A DNA stretch of 62,889 nucleotides, the filler included, from Octopus bimaculoides (Eukaryota): assembly GCF_001194135.2 (NCBI RefSeq). It is 5 parts of 5 records of this genome, joined end to end, with 100 filler letters (N's around TTAATTAATTAA, not from the genome) between each part and the next. Parts side by side here need not be neighbours in the genome. Positions count along the whole stretch, not along the records: positions 28,918 to 48,758 come from NC_068992.1; 4 more parts are not named here. One strand, given 5' to 3'. Made by a program: the position numbers and the translations under genes. Positions 37,207 to 47,857 of the stretch are shown piece after piece (position 1 is the first letter of the stretch; each line of letters opens with the position of its first letter). The notes under the pieces were generated by a model that made no database searches, had not been told where the DNA came from, and worked only from the letters and a program-made list of their open reading frames with translations.

Positions 37207-38470
37207 GCATCTTCTTTCAATTCTGTTTCCATTTCTTGCCGAGTGTCTTCCTGACACCTTGGACAGAGAAACGTACTGTGTACATTGGTACACCAGATTG
37301 TTTTGAGCAACTGTTTTGAGATGCCGCATCATTTCGATTTCGATTAGCAGATCTTTATATGTTCTGAGCTTATCAAATTCTTTTGCCGAGATATTATGGT
37401 CACAGGGTATGCTAATGTCAATTAATAAACAGATTTTATTGCTTTTGTCTTTCACAACAATATCTGGTTTGTTAGCCTTGATGGTCCGATCTGTACATAC
37501 TGGGAAGTCCCAAAGAGTAGTTACTTTTTCTCCCTCAGTTACAGCCTCAGGGTGGTGCTTGTACTGTTTCTTAGCAGTTTTGATTTTATGATGCCGACAC
37601 ATTATCCAATGTTGATATTGGCCAACTCTGTCATGTCTTGACTTGTACTCTACTTTAACATCCAGAGATTAAGTGGTCGACTATTTCTATCCCATCGTTG
37701 CAGTATCGGCACTTTGGGTCTACACCAATGTTCAAGCGCATTTTGCTTTGCTAATGATTTCACCTTCTTTGCAACTACAGTTGCTGCACTTCCCACATGC
37801 TGAACAACCTGAGTATTATGCATAAACTCACTTGAAAATTTTTTGCTCTCCTTCATAACAGAATAAAGCTTCTTACGTCTTTCATGGTTTTCAACGTGGT
37901 TTAGCATTCATTCGTTAGATGTATCAAGATATTTTGCCAGTCCAATTGTGGTGGTTTTGTAGGAGATTTCACATTGGATCAAACCTCAATCTTCTTGTGC
38001 TCTAGGTAGGTAAAAACGACCTGAGTCTGCTTTGGGTGGCGCATCATATTGCAAGTCCGCAACTTGCGGGTTTTCCTGTCAGTCTTCCTTATTTCACCCG
38101 CAATCCAGTTCAACACGTTGAAACTGTAATTAACAACAGGAACTGCTAAGGGATTTATAGCTAACACCTAGTTACGTGCATTTAACACGGATTTTAGGAC
38201 TGCTCGAACTCTCCTGTAACACTCCTTCCTGGTCTTCTTTCTTTCATGCTTGCATGCTGAATGCCAGAGCCCTCATTTATTCCGAAGTATTTGTAAGTTT
38301 GTTCCTGTTCGAGTTCTTTTATGACTGTGTCAACATCCAACCCCACGGAATGTGATGTCTTCAGTTTCCCTTTCGGGAAAGTGATCTTGGCACATTTATC
38401 AAGACCAAACGTTGTTTGCAAAACATTTATCAAGACCAAGTTGTTTGCAAAACATTTAATGCCCTTCGGC
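37131..38470 (-). mobile_element. R4/Dong-clade non-LTR retrotransposon, 5'-truncated (end of RT, thumb, RLE endonuclease), (TAA)n 3' end
   Basis: FGLDKCAK...YKYFGINEG..IQHASMKE...LAINPLAVPVVNYSF..LNW...DRKTRKL; EYKSRHDRVG..HW.MC; LWDFPVCTDRTIKANKPDIVVKDK...LLIDISIPCDHNISAKEFDKL (PD-D/ExK RLE); frameshifted. Confidence 0.88.
37132..37206. repeat. (TAT)n = (TAA)n on the element strand, about 25 units
   Basis: Direct reading. Confidence 0.95.
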
Positions 38471-38731
38471 TTATTAACACTCAACGAACTACTCTTTATA
38501 TATGTGGGTGGTATCTTTGATTAATCTCTTAATTGTAATATTTCCTTAATGTACATTATTATTAAGTCCTGATAGGCAACGTAGAAGGGTAACAAACTCG
38601 ACAGTGCACTTCAGTAATTATCTCGTATCCAACTTTAAGAATACTTCTCTCGTTTCAATAAATGAGGCAATAATCATCCGCTGAATCAATCAAATCAACT
38701 ACCGCAAACACCCCCCCCCCCNNNNNNNNNN

Positions 38732-38781
<50 letters not shown>

Positions 38782-39050
38782 TATGTGTGTCTGTGTGTCT
38801 GTGTGTCTGTGTGTCTGTGTGTGTCTGTGTGTCTGTGTGTCTGTGTGTGGGGGTTCTGTGTATAAGTGCAGGATGTAACAACTCAAAATTGGATGTACGC
38901 AAGGAGATAATGAAGGTCTTAAACCCTTTTGATGCAACCGAATATGTGGATTATATGAAATTTCTATGAAAGATATTACACGTACGATAATCAGTTGACA
39001 CAATATAATTAAAATACGATCTTCCAATACAGCCTGATAGATAGATAGAT

Positions 39051-39203
39051 AGGCGCAGGAGTATCTGTGTGGTAAGCAGCTTGCTTACCAACCACATGGT
39101 TCCGGGTTCGGAAGTGGCACCTTGGCCAAGTGCCTTCTACTATAGCCTCGGGCTGACCAAAGCCTTGTGAGTGGATTTGGTAGACGGAAACTGAAAGAAG
39201 CCC
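39051..39203 (+). mobile_element. SINE family B, 5' half, fused to Tc1
   Basis: aggcgcaggagtatctgtgtggtaagcagcttgc...ggaaactgaaagaagccc, then Tc1 sequence starts immediately. Confidence 0.9.
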
Positions 39204-39807
39204 TGGTCTAGGAACCAATTCTGTAGGTTTTTACTCCACTCTAAACGCTTTGCAACATTTGTTTATGAAAGTAGTGGTTTTCTGATTGAAGCCCTCCTGT
39301 GAAATCCGGCTTTGTGCAGCTCCCGGAGAACAGTTTTTATGGAAACTGGGTTCTCGAGGTGGTCATTAAGTACTGCAGTGACTTTGGGAGCTGTACTTTT
39401 ATGATCCTTTCTAACAATTCACATAAGAGTCCGCTGGTTCCTATCTGAAAGTTTAGGCTTTCTTCCGGAGAAGAGGTTTTTCCCTCTTTCTCAAAGGATG
39501 TCATTACTTTCGAGACTGAACTTCTTGATACACCAAACATTTCGGCTGTTTTCGTTACGCTAGCGCCTGCCTTACGAGCACCAACAATTTTACCTCTTTG
39601 AAAGTCCGATAGATCTGTCATTTTAATGAATTTTAATTACCTTTTTCTGATGATATCTGAAAAAGAAAAAGTTATTTTAGCAAAACATATTAAGCAACAC
39701 TAATAATAAATCCAAAAACATAAAAATAAACAAGCTTTTGACAGTTTTATAGATATTTCAAAATTATATTATGATGCTAGGTTTTCCATTATTTTGTCAA
39801 ACCCCTG
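39204..39807 (-). mobile_element. Tc1-family element, 5' TIR plus N-terminal transposase
   Basis: TA-CAGGGGTTTGACAAAATAATGGAAAAC terminus; MTDLSDFQRGKIVGARKAGASVTKTAEMFGVSRSSVSKV..., then (frameshift) RKPKLSDR...KTVLRELHKAGF..R..IRKPLLS...KRLEWSK..QNWFLDQ. Confidence 0.9.
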
Positions 39808-40405
39808 TACATATATATATANNNNNNNNNNNNNNNNNNNNNNNNNNNNNNNNNNNNNNNNNNNNNNNNNNNNNNNNNNNNNNNNNNNNNNNNNNNNNNN
39901 NNNNNNNNNNNNNNNNNNNNNNNNNNNNNNNNNNNNNNNNNNNNNNNNNNNNNNNNNNNNNNNNNNNNNNNNNNNNNNNNNNNNNNNNNNNNNNNNNNNN
40001 NNNNNNNNNNNNNNNNNNNNNNNNNNNNNNNNNNNNNNNNNNNNNNNNNNNNNNNNNNNNNNNNNNNNNNNNNNNNNNNNNNNNNNNNNNNNNNNNNNNN
40101 NNNNNNNNNNNNNNNNNNNNNNNNNNNNNNNNNNNNNNNNNNNNNNNNNNNNNNNNNNNNNNNNNNNNNNNNNNNNNNNNNNNNNNNNNNNNNNNNNNNN
40201 NNNNNNNNNNNNNNNNNNNNNNNNNNNNNNNNNNNNNNNNNNNNNNNNNNNNNNNNNNNNNNNNNNNNNNNNNNNNNNNNNNNNNNNNNNNNNNNNNNNN
40301 NNNNNNNNNNNNNNNNNNNNNNNNNNNNNNNNNNNNNNNNNNNNNNNNNNNNNNNNNNNNNNNNNNNNNNNNNNNNNNNNNNNNNNNNNNNNNNNNNNNN
40401 NNNNN

Positions 40406-40634
40406 GCAACCATAGGATGAAGTTAATCAGATAAAATGCTTAAATAGTCTTCACTATTAACTCTGCCATGAAGGGAAACCATTGGGCCGGCGGATTTCCA
40501 AGATATAGCCCCCCCGCCAATCATCACAGATCTTCCTCCATGTTTAACAATTAGGAGAAGGCAGTCTGGGTCAAATGCTTCTTTTGGCTGTCTCCACACA
40601 TATACTTGGCCGGTGATCGAAAATAAGGTAAAGG
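40406..40634 (-). mobile_element. Tc1-family transposase, DDE-region segment
   Basis: FTLFSITGQVYVWRQPKEAFDPDCLLLIVKHGGRSVMI.G.ISWKSAGPMVSLHGRVNSEDYLSILSD*LHPMVA. Confidence 0.9.
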
Positions 40635-40777
40635 TTCGGCAATAGAGATGGATAGAATAAGTATTAGGCTTACAAAGAATAAGTCCTGGGGTCGATTTCT
40701 TCGACTAAAAGAAATCCTTTGAGGTGTTGCTCCAGCATGGCCACGGTCAAATGACTAAGGCGAGTAAAAGATAAAAA
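40633..40777 (+). mobile_element. SINE family B, 3' half
   Basis: ggttcggcaatagagatggatagaataagtattaggcttacaaagaataagtcctggggtcg...ctccagcatggccacggtcaaatgact. Confidence 0.9.
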
Positions 40778-40860
40778 TAGTTAACAAGTAATCTTAGGAA
40801 AATGATTTTAGAAAAACTTTTAACTTTGCCACATATTTTTCCCCCTTTCACCAAGAAAGA

Positions 40861-41270
40861 AAATAGCTCCAAATAGTTTCATCGTTTTTACTTCTTCATC
40901 AGATATAGTTACGCATACGCCTAACCGCAAAGTAAATAGTAGTTTATAGTTATTTATAATAGCCAAAAACTTAGATTCAGTTATATAGGTCGGTGAATGT
41001 GTTAATAAAAGCACCTATATTTCCAGTGTCAATATATAAGGTGGTGGGGAGACTAAAGAATCAAGAAAATCGATACAAAGAAAATAGATCAGGAAAGAAA
41101 ATCGATCCAAATAGTTTTATCGTTTTTAATTCGTCGTCAGATATAATTATGCAAATACCTAACCGAAAAGTGAATGATAATTTACAGTTTATAGATCAGA
41201 GGGTGAGTTAATAAAAGTATCCACATTTCCAGTGTCAAGATATAAGGCGGGGGTGAGGAACTAAAGAATA
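40861..41270. repeat. diverged tandem duplication, period about 235 bp
   Basis: ccaaatagttt.atcgttttta...tcagatata...cctaaccg.aaagt...gttaataaaag...atttccagtgtcaa.atataagg..g..g..ga.actaaagaat occurs at about 40868-41060 and 41107-41269. Confidence 0.85.
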
Positions 41271-41816
41271 AATGTAGGGACATACATATATACACATACA
41301 TGCCGTCAGTATTCATTGAGGGTTGGCAGCTGGTGACGTTTATGTAGTAAAACACACGAAAAATAAGCGAAACACTGGCGCACGACTGAGTTGTAGGCAG
41401 ATTTACTTCTGCCTTTATAAGAAAACGTTGTTGTAGGAATGTACGCGGCATGTGTACTACAGAAGTATTATGCGTAGCTTAAATACTGAGATTAAAAAGC
41501 AGGGACGAATTATGCCCACCTAATCTATAAAAAATAAAATATTTTGCACTTTATTCATAGTAATCAGAGTAACCTTCATGATTTCATTGAATTAGTGCAT
41601 ATTTTGCCATGAAAATGTTGCTTTCAATCTATTTTATCCTTGCCTACCTAGGCGGCACATCACTGTTACATATGTATACATGCATTCATATAGAAACCTC
41701 AACGCACATACAATTCGCTCGTGTTTATACATAAACATATATACAGTTGTTGACCAACGTTATCTCATAAAAAATAATATATGTACATAAATCTTCGTAA
41801 AACACACGCACATATA

Positions 41817-43094
41817 TTAGGTCGTCAAGTATGAAATTTGTCGTAAGGTATATGGTGAAGTTTCACAGCTGCTCATTTTGCGTCATAATCATATTTTGAC
41901 AATCTTTAATTTTTGTTAGAAAGCTGATATATCTATTTCTTTATTCTAACTCATTTTGCGCTTTATAAAGTATTTATAAATCGTTTTTGCTATTTTCGTT
42001 TAAAGATGGATTAGTCGGAAATTTGTACAGTTTTGTAATATAAGTTCTTTCTTGGAAATACAGTATCACAGACAGCTCGGAATATTAATGGAGTATTTCA
42101 TTCTAATGTTGTTTCACATCAGACAGTATCAAATTGGTTCGCAAAATTTTGTTCTGGTAACTTTGACCTCACAAATGAGCAACACGGTCAACCAGAACCA
42201 AAAATGGATAATGACGAACTGAACGCCACCGTCGATTCAGATCTATCTCAAAGTGCTCGTAAATAATCGTTGTTGTTTGGTGTTAAGCAAGCAAACAATA
42301 TTGACTCACGTAGTTCAAATCGGTAAAGTAAAAAAGTTGGATAAGTGGGTTCCACATGAACTCAATGAAAATCAGAAACAGCAACGTTTGGAAGCCTGCA
42401 TTATGCTACCTTCTCATCACAAAAATTAAACATTTTTAAATCGAATTTTAAACATGTAATGAGAAATGGATCCAATACAACAACCGTAAACGTTCAGCAC
42501 AATGGTTGGACAAAGACGAGCCACTAGAACACACACCAAAAAGCAAAATTCATCTAAAGAAGCTGATGGTGTGTGTTTGGTGGTCTGGCGCAGGTGTGAT
42601 CCATTATGATTTCATAAAACTTGGCTCATCAATCACGGCCAAGGTATACTGCAGCCAACTGGACCAAATGATGTAGAAACTGACAAAAAACAGAAACCTA
42701 GATTAGTCAACAAATCCACACCTATTTTATTGCAAGAAAACGCCAGACCACACATAGCAAAAATGACATTGGCGAAACTACAGGAGTTGGAGTTGGAAGT
42801 TCTCCGTCATCCACCATACTTACCCCCACTGACTACCAATTCTTCCAGAATTTGGATATCTTTTTGATAGGAAAAAATTTAATTCCGACGATGCTGTAAA
42901 ACAGGCCTTCCAAGATTTTACTGACTCTAGATTGCCAGGCTTTTACAGTTCCGGACTGGACAAGCTACCGCTGAAATGGCTAAATTGTATTGACGATATG
43001 GGTGCATACTTTGATAAATAAAACTATTTCTTGTATTTATAAAATATTAGCAAACTTTTTTCCTTTTCTACAAATTTCACACTTGACGATCTAA
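41817..43094 (+). mobile_element. full-length mariner element (about 1.28 kb) with TIRs and TA duplication
   Basis: Inverted repeat atattaggtcgtcaagtatgaaatttgt (41814-41841) vs 43070-43097 matches 26/28; TA at 41815-41816 and 43095-43096. Confidence 0.93.
42006..43021 (+). pseudogene. mariner D,D34D transposase pseudogene
   Basis: MD*SEI...KLDKWVPHELNENQK...TCNEKW...KLMVCVWW...LLQENARPH...HPPY..TDY...GAYFDK*; stops, frameshifts and first two catalytic Asp changed (D>N, D>E). Confidence 0.92.
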
Positions 43095-43102
43095 TATTAC
43101 CT

Positions 43103-43532
43103 TTTGCCTTATTCTTGTTTCAGTCATTGGACTGCAGCCATACTGAGGCACGTACTTGAAGGCTTTAGTCGAAAAGTAATGAAACCCAGTGCTTATTCTA
43201 CAGGTTTCCTTTGTCGAATAACTAAGTTAAAGGATATAAACCAACCAACACCGGTTGTTAAGCTATGGTGTGTGTGGGGGGCAAACACAAGCACAGAGAC
43301 ACACAAATATATACATTTGTACATAAACACGCACACAGACACACACATACGCACGCACGCACGCGCGCGTGCACACACACGCACATGTGACAGGCTTCAC
43401 TCAATTTCCGTCTTACAAATTTTCTAACAGTTTTATAGTGGAAAACACTTGCTCAAGATGCTGCACCGTGAGATTGAACCTGAAACCACGTCACAAAGTG
43501 AACTTCTTAACCACACAGCCATGTCTACGCCT
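43103..43532 (-). mobile_element. SINE family B, full length, diverged, internal (CA)/(CACG)n
   Basis: tttcagtcattggactgcagccata...cttcttaaccacacagccatgtctacgcct. Confidence 0.82.
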
Positions 43533-44933
43533 CTATCTATCTATCTATCTATCTATATATGCATACACAATATACATATCTATATGTCTTCTTTATCCTG
43601 CAATATTCAAAAATTCTAGTATCATTTACTTAACTCATCGGTTTTCAATACTTTCCCCATTGTCTCGCATCTCATTCGGTTGCATATTCAGTATTTGATA
43701 GCTGTTTCACCTGGAGACTTCCTAGCTCTAAACGCTACTGTATACTTCATATAAGGTTACACTAAGATATACATTGATTTAGTTTATAATCCATATAGGA
43801 TTCTGGTGACATAATGCAATACAATTCTAGACATAATTTTCATTTATTTAAGTCAGTGGACGTAAAATGTTATTTAAAATAACTAGTAAATTACTAATGC
43901 AAAATTAACTGAACAATTATGGGATAGCATCTCCCAATATTTTGATTTGATTTTCTTTTTAATCCACCTGTACAAATTCCAAACCACAAACTCTTTTATC
44001 GATTGAACAAATTCGTTTTTCCACAGAAATCGAACATTTTAAAATCAATTAATTAACAACAAGCAAATTTCCTGTCGTTCATTTCCTTGTTACATTTCGG
44101 GAAAGATTTCGATCGTATATCGATTTTGTTCCGTAAAGGCAGAAGTATGCGTCCACGACTGTTTTATCTCTAGACCTTAAGCCTGTCCTTTTCCTTAATG
44201 ATATGTTTTGGAGAAATCGGGTTTCTTGAGATTATTCCCACTTCAAGAGTGGAGTTGGTCTTAATTGCCGCTTGATAATTATGACACATCCCTTAGAAGC
44301 AGAAATAATTTTAATGAATCAAGATTTTATGTTGTTTGGCAGACTGTTATTTGACTGAAACTGTATACACATATACGTATATATNNNNNNNNNNNNNNNN
44401 NNNNNNNNNNNNNNNNNNNNNNNNNNNNNNNNNNNNNNNNNNNNNNNNNNNNNNNNNNNNNNNNNNNNNNNNNNNNNNNNNNNNNNNNNNNNNNNNNNNN
44501 NNNNNNNNNNNNNNNNNNNNNNNNNNNNNNNNNNNNNNNNNNNNNNNNNNNNNNNNNNNNNNNNNNNNNNNNNNNNNNNNNNNNNNNNNNNNNNNNNNNN
44601 NNNNNNNNNNNNNNNNNNNNNNNNNNNNNNNNNNNNNNNNNNNNNNNNNNNNNNNNNNNNNNNNNNNNNNNNNNNNNNNNNNNNNNNNNNNNNNNNNNNN
44701 NNNNNNNNNNNNNNNNNNNNNNNNNNNNNNNNNNNNNNNNNNNNNNNNNNNNNNNNNNNNNNNNNNNNNNNNNNNNNNNNNNNNNNNNNNNNNNNNNNNN
44801 NNNNNNNNNNNNNNNNNNNNNNNNNNNNNNNNNNNNNNNNNNNNNNNNNNNNNNNNNNNNNNNNNNNNNNNNNNNNNNNNNNNNNNNNNNNNNNNNNNNN
44901 NNNNNNNNNNNNNNNNNNNNNNNNNNNNNNNNN

Positions 44934-44983
<50 letters not shown>

Positions 44984-45288
44984 GTATGTAAGTGTGTATG
45001 TATATGTGATTATGTGAATAAACAAATTAGATACATTAAATATATTGAATATATTAAGTATTAATTTGGGTATGAACCATTATATTTAATAGATCTAATC
45101 TAATTAGTGTACTAATTTGTTTATCTGCATAATTGCCTCTGTACCCGCTCATATAGCCTTTCTTTACCCTGTGGAATCGATCCCCGGTAAAGACATCGGA
45201 GTCTAAGATTGAATCTTTAGAGCACTGCCAAGTGTCTTCCATTCGGAGAATCTCTGGATCTCACTTGTAGACAATGTATGTGTATGCG

Positions 45289-45319
<31 letters not shown>

Positions 45320-45691
45320 GTGGAGGCGTAAAGGCCCAGCGGTTAGGGTAGCGGATTCGCGGTTTCGATTCCCCAACCGGGTGTTGCGATTGTTTATTGA
45401 ACGAAAACATCTAAAGCTCCACGAGGCTCCAGCAGGGGTGGGGGATGGGGTAACCCTGCTATACACTTTTACCACAACTTTCTCTCACTCTTTCTTCCAG
45501 TTTCTGTTGGACCTGTTTTTCAAAGGGCCAGCCTTGTCACACTCTGTGTCCCGCTGAATCTCCCCAAGAACTACGTTAAGGGTACACGTGTTTGTGGAGT
45601 GCTCAGCCACTTGCATGTTAATTTCACGAGCAGGCTGTTCTGTTGATCGGATCAACTGGAACCCTCGTCGTCGTAACCGACGAAGTGCTAC
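45320..45691 (+). mobile_element. SINE family A, with small head deletion
   Basis: gtggaggcgtaaaggcccagcggttagggtagcgga...ttaagggtacacgtg...ggaaccctcgtcgtcgtaa; sits in (TATG)n. Confidence 0.9.
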
Positions 45692-45817
45692 GAATGTATG
45701 AATATATTAAATTTCTGGAGTACTTTCACTATATAAATCTGTTAGTCCTGTTCAAAACTAAAGGTTTTGATAAAATGCAGCTAGTCTGATATCATAAAAA
45801 TCATAAAATATAACTTT

Positions 45818-45910
45818 GGTTTCAAATTTTGGCACAAGGCCAGTAATTTAGGAGGAGGTATTAAGTCGGTTACATTTTATCGATCCCTGAAAGAATGAAA
45901 GGCAAAGTTG
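45818..45910 (-). mobile_element. SINE family C, 3' fragment
   Basis: ggtttcaaattttggcacaaggccagtaattt...gaatgaaaggcaaagttga. Confidence 0.8.
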
Positions 45911-46755
45911 AATGAAACTTGCTGAGCGAATATAAGGATTGTTGGTGAATATCGTGAATGTAAGTTTGAAGTGTTGTCCTGTCACCTTACCCACCCGTGT
46001 CAGTTGAATACAGGTAAGTTGTTTTACACGTGGACCTTGTGGCATATACTCACAATATATGGATTTCTGGGCATCGATTTCCTATTTTAGAGCTGAATCT
46101 GTGTTCCTGTATTGTCTGTAGCTTAGAAGCTGCACAACTCCAATTAGAAAAAGCATTCCGAAATATGCCTTCATCTCTTTCGTTGATTTCATGAAGGTGG
46201 CGTAGCCGTGCTGAAGCGCTTAAATTGTACTTTCATCACTCAACCTGATAAAGATTTCTTCAGGGGAAAGTTGGAAAAATACTCAACGGTCTTTAGTTCA
46301 AAGGTTTTATAAGGCCTACATTACTAACGAAATCGTTGATGCAAAGATCACATGTTATCACACCTGCTCAAAATCGATAAATGTCGATATAAATTCCATC
46401 TAGAATCACTTAAATCGCTAGTGTTAACAGATGATACTGACATATCAATGATTATTTTCTCCAAGTCCAAAACCACTTTCGTTAATTAAATCCTTAATGA
46501 ATAATAATAAATAGTCATTACTAGTTTGATGTCTAACTCACTGTCGAATATATTAACTGCCGCTATGCTCGATGGAAGGAAAAATTTCGAAGAAATTCAC
46601 TCAATAAACTGTAAAACTCATGATGCTAACCAGAAGTCTTTTGGCTGGAAATTCTTTCTAAAGTGAAGCTAAAATCTGTTTTTCACTCAGAAGGAGGATT
46701 GCTTACAACTTTCCAACCGCAAAAGGTAACATTAAACAAACTTGCGCTCCATCAA

Positions 46756-47064
46756 TTACGATGTCGAGGGTTCCAGTTGATCCGATCAACGGAACGGACT
46801 GCTCGCGAAATTAAGTATCTGATCACGGCACAAACATGCGTACCCAGAATGTAGTTCGTTCTCAAGGAGATTCAGTGTGACACAGAATGTGTTAAGGCTG
46901 GCCCTTTGAATTACAGGTAAAACTCATTTTTTTGCCAGCAGAATGAACTGGAGCAACGGGAAATAAAACGTCTTGCTCAAGGACAAAATGTGCTACCGAT
47001 AAACGAAATCACGACTTTACGAGCATGATCTGAACCCCCTAATTACTAAACCACGTGCCTTCAC
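46756..47064 (-). mobile_element. SINE with a different tRNA head and CORE/V-like centre but family A 3' tail
   Basis: Minus: gtgaaggcacgtggtttagt...gtccttgagcaagacg...gttgctccagttca...ctggcaaaaaaatgagt, then cctgtaattcaaagggccagcc...gatcggatcaactggaaccctcgacatcgtaa shared with family A. Confidence 0.75.
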
Positions 47065-47147
47065 ACACACAACGGCGACGTTGATTGAATTACAGTTACA
47101 TGCGGTTCAGAACTCGGCGACAAGCCTTTAAAACATTTTTGCTTTTG

Positions 47148-47353
47148 AAGGCGGCGAGCTGGCAGAAAGGTTAGCACGCCGGACGAAATTCTTAGGGGTA
47201 TTATGTCTGTATTTACGTTCTGAGTTCAAATGCCGCCGAGGTCGACTTTGCTTTCATCCTTTCGGGGTCGATAAATTAAGTCCCAGTTGCGTACTGGGGT
47301 CTATCCAATCGACTCAAACAACTTCAGGCCTTCTGCCAAGAGGAGAAAGGAAT
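47148..47353 (+). mobile_element. SINE family C (tail type iii)
   Basis: aaggcggcgagctggcagaa...gaggtcgactttgctttcatcctttcggggtcgataaa...caggccttctgccaagaggagaaagg. Confidence 0.88.
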
Positions 47354-47358
47354 ATGTT

Positions 47359-47517
47359 AAAGCGGTGAACTGGCAGAATCGTTAGCACGTCGGGCGAAAT
47401 GCTTAGCGGTATTTCGCTCGTTGTTACGCTCTGTGTTCAAATTCCGTAGAGGTCGACTTTGCCTTTCATCCTTTCGAGGTTGATAAATTAAGTACCAGTT
47501 GCGTACTGAGGTCGATG
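47359..47517 (+). mobile_element. SINE family C, 3'-truncated, tandem to previous copy
   Basis: aagcggtgaactggcagaatcgttagcac...gaggtcgactttgcctttcatcc. Confidence 0.88.
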
Positions 47518-47568
47518 TTTTTCATTTTGAAAAAAGTTACTTTTAGTTGACGTGAGTTTAAATATAAA

Positions 47569-47820
47569 GTCCTCGGAACATTCCAGGTCTCCTTACCATC
47601 CTCAGAAATTCCCTCCCATTAACTGACTTTTCCAGGTAATCTCCTCCCCCTACTCGGAGTTTTCCAGGAAGTCTCCTCGACTTCGGATTATTCCAGGAAG
47701 TCTCATCACCATCCTCGGAACTTTACAGGAAGTCCTCGGAATTTTCCAAGAAGTCCCTTCCCATCAGCGGAGTTTTCCAGGCAGTACCCCTCTTATCCTC
47801 GGACTTTTCCAGGAAGACCT
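47569..47820. repeat. degenerate array of about 9 units, core tcggaNtttTCCAGGAAGTC, variable spacers
   Basis: Units at about 47571, 47600, 47622, 47652, 47681, 47713, 47736, 47767, 47797. Confidence 0.8.
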
Positions 47821-47857
47821 CTAAATATGCAACTATATGCATGAGAATACACACATA

